Shown here: piece by piece, positions 58,825 through 64,000 of the stretch | How the letters are laid out: each line of letters opens with the position of its first letter | Numbering within the stretch: the first letter of the stretch is position 1 | Position numbers and translations under genes: made by a program | Assembly (NCBI GenBank): GCA_010405405.1 | Contig: MU004234.1 | Span: 1,391,275-1,455,274, forward strand | Direction of reading: 5' to 3' | Origin: Microthyrium microscopicum | Lineage: Eukaryota | Length of the DNA: 64,000 nucleotides | The notes under the pieces: model-generated | Database searches by the model: none | The model's input: the letters and a program-made list of their open reading frames with translations, nothing else | Told to the model about the DNA's origin: nothing

Positions 58825-59842
58825 TTAAGCCGCAATTCCCTCTAGCTCTTCTTCAGCTTTTCGTTTCAATGCCTTCTTATCATCAGCCTCATGCTTCATT
58901 ACATCCTCCTCGGCCTCCACTGGCGAGTCATTCTTCACCTCCACATCCTTCCATACAGCACTCGGCGCCTGCTCCTTATACTCCGCGACATCCAACGCCG
59001 GCCAAAACCAACTCTTCTTCTGCCATATTGTTAAATACCTTGCTCGCTCCCCTGCCGCATCTTTACGACCCATGCGCTCGCCATACGTAGGACCAACATC
59101 CACGCCCCAATTGAATCCGTGCTTCTCATCGATCGCTGCCATCTTCACCTCAAAAGCTCGGCTTCCTCCAGGTTCCACCATACTTGTCCCACCATTGCCC
59201 GCGAGCCCAGTGCCGAGAATTGTCTCGTCTTCGTCCGTGGTCCACACGCCCTTTTGCTCAATGGCTGGGTGTTCAAGGACGTCAGCGGCAAGCGCAAAGT
59301 CGGAAGAGCATGCAAAGACAGCGTGGACGATGGTGGCAGGCGAGTAGCCTTTTGATTTGTAGGCCTCAAAAAAGGTTCGGTGTTGCTGGCGTTTGGCTTC
59401 GAGTTCGGCGGCGTCTTGCGCTTTTTCCGCGTCGCGTTGGGCTTTTTGTTTTGCGATGCGCTCGGCTTTCGTCAATGGCTTGTGATCCTGTGGATTTTCT
59501 TAGCTTGTGAATCAAATTTGCAGCGCCATATGTCAAGCTGACTTCAGAGTAATCGCCATGAGGTAATCTGGGCAATTGCTGGTATAATGATGATGTTTGG
59601 ACTATTCCACACTCAACTGAAAGTCGGCTGGAGAAGCTTACCTTGAACTCTCGTTTGATAGTACCAATAGGGTAGCGAGGAGGTGCAAATGGAATGCCAG
59701 GTGAATCGGACTCATTTCCAGAACTGTCATCGCTTTCGACTTTGCCTCGCGTTCTCGGGGTGTCGATACCGGGTCGCGGCGCTCTAGCACTATCACTGAG
59801 GCGAATCTCGAGTTTGACACGCTTTCTGGACATGTTTGACAT
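58825..59842 (-). CDS. Protein with a Rap1 C-terminal (RCT)-like domain, lacking recognisable BRCT/Myb domains
   Basis: HAVFACSSDFALAADVLE..GVWTTDEDETI..IDEKHG..RARYL resembles the fungal Rap1_C consensus. Intron(s) between 59641 and 59488 join REFK to DHKPLTK in phase 0. Confidence 0.7.
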
Positions 59843-60408
59843 GTTTACTGTAATTTTGTTTGCTCTGTGGCTCGAATTATTTCGTGGGATTGGTAGAAAG
59901 TTGGAGATTAGTTGTTGGGTGGCGGTTGCCTGGTGACGACTTTATAGCCTTTAAAAAGATGTCACAATGGCAGGAGCGATGGGAGGTAAGGAAAGCACGA
60001 ACTTGATGGCAACAACAAATGATATTTTCCGTCACTGGGGAAATTACTATATTTTCCAACCCACAAGGTGAAAATCTGCGCTTGATTTATCAAATACCCT
60101 GAGAGCAATTGCCGAGTGACGGAAAGCAAACGTATCACGACAAATAATTTTCGGGGTAGTACTTAGTATTTAAAGAACTGGTATTGACCTCGAACACAAG
60201 AACAATAGCTCGTTTCTATCGTCGTTTTGACTTGATGCACGTATATAATAAGCATCAACATTCTTTTCGAGCATGCAATGGTACTGGGACCCGAAAAAGG
60301 ATGGCCTATCGTGCTATCATGTCATCTTCTAAAGTGATGACCTTGGGGTCTAATTTCTCTTTACCTCATTCACTACCTCTCACCGTTTTGTACATTTTAG
60401 TCGGTTCC

Positions 60409-61435
60409 CTAAGCCAGTGAACGCGATAACTTGATTAAGAGGCGGCCAGGACACAGCTGCGTGATCAGTCTATTCTCTTGCGTCTCCAGTACTATCCCCG
60501 ACAATTTTATCTTCGGTCCCGATTGCTTGCCTGGTCCACTGCTCTTGCCATTCATCACTGGACGCGGAAGCGCGGATGAAGAGCGCGGTGAAGAAGAAAT
60601 GTATGTGATGCGTCAACGCTTCGGTTGCACACTGTCGTTTTCATCAACAGTAGTGTCGTCGCGAGCACATTTCTGGGATGGTGTATCGGTATCAGGATCT
60701 CCCCCTTCCGAATGTGCCTCTTCGGATCCCCCTTCTAATCGTCCTGGCTGGCGCTCCCTGCTTTCTGCCTCTGTGTGCTCCAGCATTTCGTCTACTTGGT
60801 CCTGAGCACCATGAATAGTAGCTCCGTGCTGCGCTGTTTCGTTGTCGCTCTGCTCCGCAAACGGCTGTGACTGAAGGAGGACTCAGCGCATGCCACTTCA
60901 CTCCAGCACAAAGTCGAGGATACATTGCTCATTGTATTGGAGGTCTCTTATCTCAGGACTGCCACGAAGCGTGCACATGTATCGCTCATGCCATCGTTTT
61001 GGTATCAGTCGATCCTTTTTGGAACGTCGGTTCTATCAGCGTTGTAGTTGCAGTCGTGTGCTACTACCGGGAATTGGCGGTGCATGAAGAAAGACCTCCC
61101 GTCTTCCAGTCCGCTCCAAAATGTAATTGACGATGAAATCCATATCCAACTCGACATTTTGCATTTCAGAACTGTTGCGGAGCGTAGCCACGTACGCTCT
61201 ACACCACTCGATGGGTGTGATATCGGCCTGCCAGCGTGTTAATAAGCTGTTGGGAAGGAAACTTGGGAAGAAGAAAAGAACTGACCTCCACATGGCGGAG
61301 TATTTCCCATGCGTGCTCGTTATCGGCTGCGTCGATAATGCCTTCGTGATGGTAAAGTCGGTTGGCGTATGTTGCCCATTGCAGGGCAAGTCGCGTCTGA
61401 GTTTGCGTCAAGATTGGAGTACGAGCGCGTGGCAT
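60409..61435 (-). pseudogene. Disabled paralogue of the 62141-62995 gene, with an internal domain duplication
   Basis: MPRARTP.LT..QT..A.QWATYANRL; intron 61228-61285; second domain copy (WHERYMCTLRGSPEIRDLQYNEQCILDFVLE); in-frame stops, several TGA at Arg-like positions. Confidence 0.75.
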
Positions 61436-62140
61436 TTTGATACTTGTTGCGGAGAGAAGGGCTGTTGTGAGCTTGTCAGAACTGTCAATGAAGTGCGCAA
61501 ATTTAGACTTGTCGAGTTGGCGAAGTGGTTTAACGGTGTTTGGTAGTCGGGTGCTGAAATTGCGGGTCAGAGAAGGTGGACAATGGCTTTGGGCTTCTGA
61601 GGTTATTATAAAATATACCCATAGCGCCAATAGCTGTGACTGTGACTGTTAGCGTAGTGTTGAGGTGATCCATCAATATCTTAATGGTATACCTCGCGCA
61701 GTTAAGGTTTAGATAGAGGTGGTATTACGTTTTGGTCTATGAACCAGAGTGGACAACACACTGGTCTACCTTCCGCAATATTCACATATCGCAGACTGCT
61801 TTCCAGACTCGGTTTATAGCGGACGAATGAGTGCAGTATCCCAAAGGTTGTAAAGAGAAAAACGAAAGAATTGGTAGAACAACACCTCGTGTTTGAAAAC
61901 CGATGCTTAGGAAATATTGATGAAACCTAGACCCTCTTCCTCAGTTAGCACTCCTGAAGCGATAAGTGCACAAAGTATGATAGTCCTTCAATGGTGTTAC
62001 AAAACAAAACGAGAGGTATAAGGAGACAAGCCCTCTTCTTCTCCATTACTATGTCAAGGCCTAATGCTACAAATATAGCATCCAACACTGATACCAACCG
62101 CGTCCACTCATAGTATCTGGCAAGCACAGGACTTATTCTG

Positions 62141-62995
62141 CTACATGACGGTCGCCCAATAGAGACCGCGTGATGGGACTGAGGCTGTATTCTCCTCTTT
62201 ATCATTCTCGTCTGTGTCCTCCACCTCCATGTTCTCCACCTCCTCATCGACCTTCTTCGGCGGGCTGTCAGATTTGCTCCCTGACCGCGAAACTGTTACT
62301 CCGGAAAGTTCGGCAGAACTCGTCTGTGCTTGCTTGACAACAATAGCATCATCTTCCTCAGGTTTTGGTTCCACCTTCTCACGACTACGCTGTTTTTTGG
62401 TGTATTCAGCCACAGATGCCGCTTGATTCCTGTTAGTAGTCCGAGGCCGGAAGCGGGTGCGTTTCGTTTTAGGTTCAGCAGTCTCCTGGCCGTCAGCAGC
62501 TGGTCCAGCTCTCTTGTTTCCTGAAGCCGCGGATCCAGAGCGCTGACCGGATAGTCCGCCCTCCCTTTCCTTCGCCTCTGGCTCTGCCTCCCCGTTCTCC
62601 GCTGGTTTCTGCGCCGACTCATGCGATTTCGGCGAACTACCTTCCTGATACTCATACGGATCCCCATCGCCAGGTCCAGGAGCGCCCGCCGGAAGTGGAT
62701 CCGTCTCAATGACAAAAAACCTCCCAGGACGTCGCTCCTGCATAAAATTGACAATGTACGATTCATCGTATACTAGATTCGCCATTTCAGGAGATTTGCA
62801 AACATATGCCTTGTAAGCTCTATGCCATTCGCATTTTGTGATACCGTCCACCTTATGGAGGTTTTTCCATATTTTCTGGTGGTTAGCTGCGTTGACAATT
62901 CGGTGTGGGTATATCAAGCGGTTGGCGTATGTTGCCCATTGCATAGCGAACTGAGTTTGCTCGGGAGTCAGCTTTGGAGTCTTGGGGCGCGGCAT
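62141..62995 (-). CDS. Orphan protein: ~100-aa QWATYANRL domain plus disordered tail with an NLS-like KTKRTRFR
   Basis: Intact intronless 284-aa ORF; the paralogous copy downstream supports it being a real gene. Confidence 0.75.
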   Translation of the reverse strand: MPRPKTPKLTPEQTQFAMQWATYANRLIYPHRIVNAANHQKIWKNLHKVDGITKCEWHRAYKAYVCKSPEMANLVYDESYIVNFMQERRPGRFFVIETDPLPAGAPGPGDGDPYEYQEGSSPKSHESAQKPAENGEAEPEAKEREGGLSGQRSGSAASGNKRAGPAADGQETAEPKTKRTRFRPRTTNRNQAASVAEYTKKQRSREKVEPKPEEDDAIVVKQAQTSSAELSGVTVSRSGSKSDSPPKKVDEEVENMEVEDTDENDKEENTASVPSRGLYWATVM

Positions 62996-64000
62996 CGTAG
63001 CTTCTCAGGTCAGAGGGCTCGGAAGAGAGTGGTATTGCAGGTCGGAGGATGATGAAGAGGTTATGAAGAGCTTATAATTGTACTGTACGTGTAAGAGGAG
63101 TGAGTTTGCAGTGTTGAAAGGTGATGATATACATGTGTATTGAAGCTGGAGCAAATGGCTTGCTTGGGGCTTGTGGAGTTATTGCCAAACACGTTTAGAG
63201 GTGCCGGCGGTAACTGAGATTCTCAAGCCTGAGTAAGTACAACATTTGGAGAATAAATCGGCGAGGAGTGTCTTATAAATAGCAGTTAAGATGTAAGATA
63301 ATGGTTACGATCGGACATTTCGATGTTTGAACCATGGTTGGCAATCGCTAGTGTACCTCAAACAAGGACAAATTCCATCTCGTGAATACGTGCAGTAAAT
63401 GTCCATTGTTATCTTACTGCTACATAAGTGTACTCATCCGAAGTTGAGTAATACCAGATGAGGAGGAAAGTGCCCACCATAGGGAAAATGAAGAGGTCGA
63501 GCCCCTTCGACCCGGTTCTGCTAAAATGCGCCAAAGTATGCCCAACACAAGCTTGATGATTTGTCGAGTCTTACAAATAACTTGTATTTTGCTCGCGCTT
63601 CATAGTGATAGTAGTCAGAAGTGTCGTGGAATGCCGTTTATTTCGTGTAGTTGGTCCTATCATACTCCTTGAGTGTGGCATTCCAGTATCGAGTTCTTGC
63701 GAAGTTCTTCTGTCGGACGTTTCTGAGTCTCATACTCTTCATTTTGATCACAGCCTTTGCAAAATCAATCAATACCCCGGAGCTCTTTCAATCGTCGGAT
63801 CGCGCCTCTTGTGCATCCTATTAAGTATCGTTTAACCGGCAGAAACTTCCAAGGGCCGCAGACAGTAGCATGAATTCTTTCCGGAGTGCGATCTTCTGAG
63901 TTGATCTACTAAAAAAAAACTGGGCGCTACACAAATACTTTCGTTCTCCTTTCAAAGTTGCGATGAGTCTAACATGTGATATTTTTTCTCCCTAGCCAAT

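Noticed and set aside
1..64000. tRNA/rRNA genes
   Set aside because: No convincing T-loop/D-loop cloverleaf or rRNA signature seen by eye; tRNAscan-SE/Infernal would be needed to exclude them.

Overview
Eukaryotic DNA from a filamentous ascomycete (Pezizomycotina). The evidence is short GT-AG introns with CTRAC/CTAAY branch points, RIP-type C->T/G->A damage and fungal gene families; Dothideomycete affinity is only a guess. About 1-15.4 kb is an accessory, decaying region. It holds three damaged orphan genes around a nest of TA-targeting Tc1/IS630-type elements: a RIP-killed 3.7 kb DD34E element that appears to carry a second convergent gene, plus six MITE copies (five kinds) sharing a subterminal CCAAT motif. 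About 16-54 kb is mostly core and metabolic genes: SnoaL-like, a/b-hydrolase-like, KTI12, head-to-head mitoribosomal uL4m/mL38, GH5 exgD, an SDR-amidase-NAPE-PLD-reductase run, AA9 LPMO, MFS and NSE2. It also contains a foldback MITE, an RNase H pseudogene, an assembly gap and an unannotated 52-aa membrane sORF. About 54-63 kb holds lineage-specific duplicates and a stand-alone Rap1-C-terminal-like protein. All family calls come from motif recognition by eye; no database searches were run.
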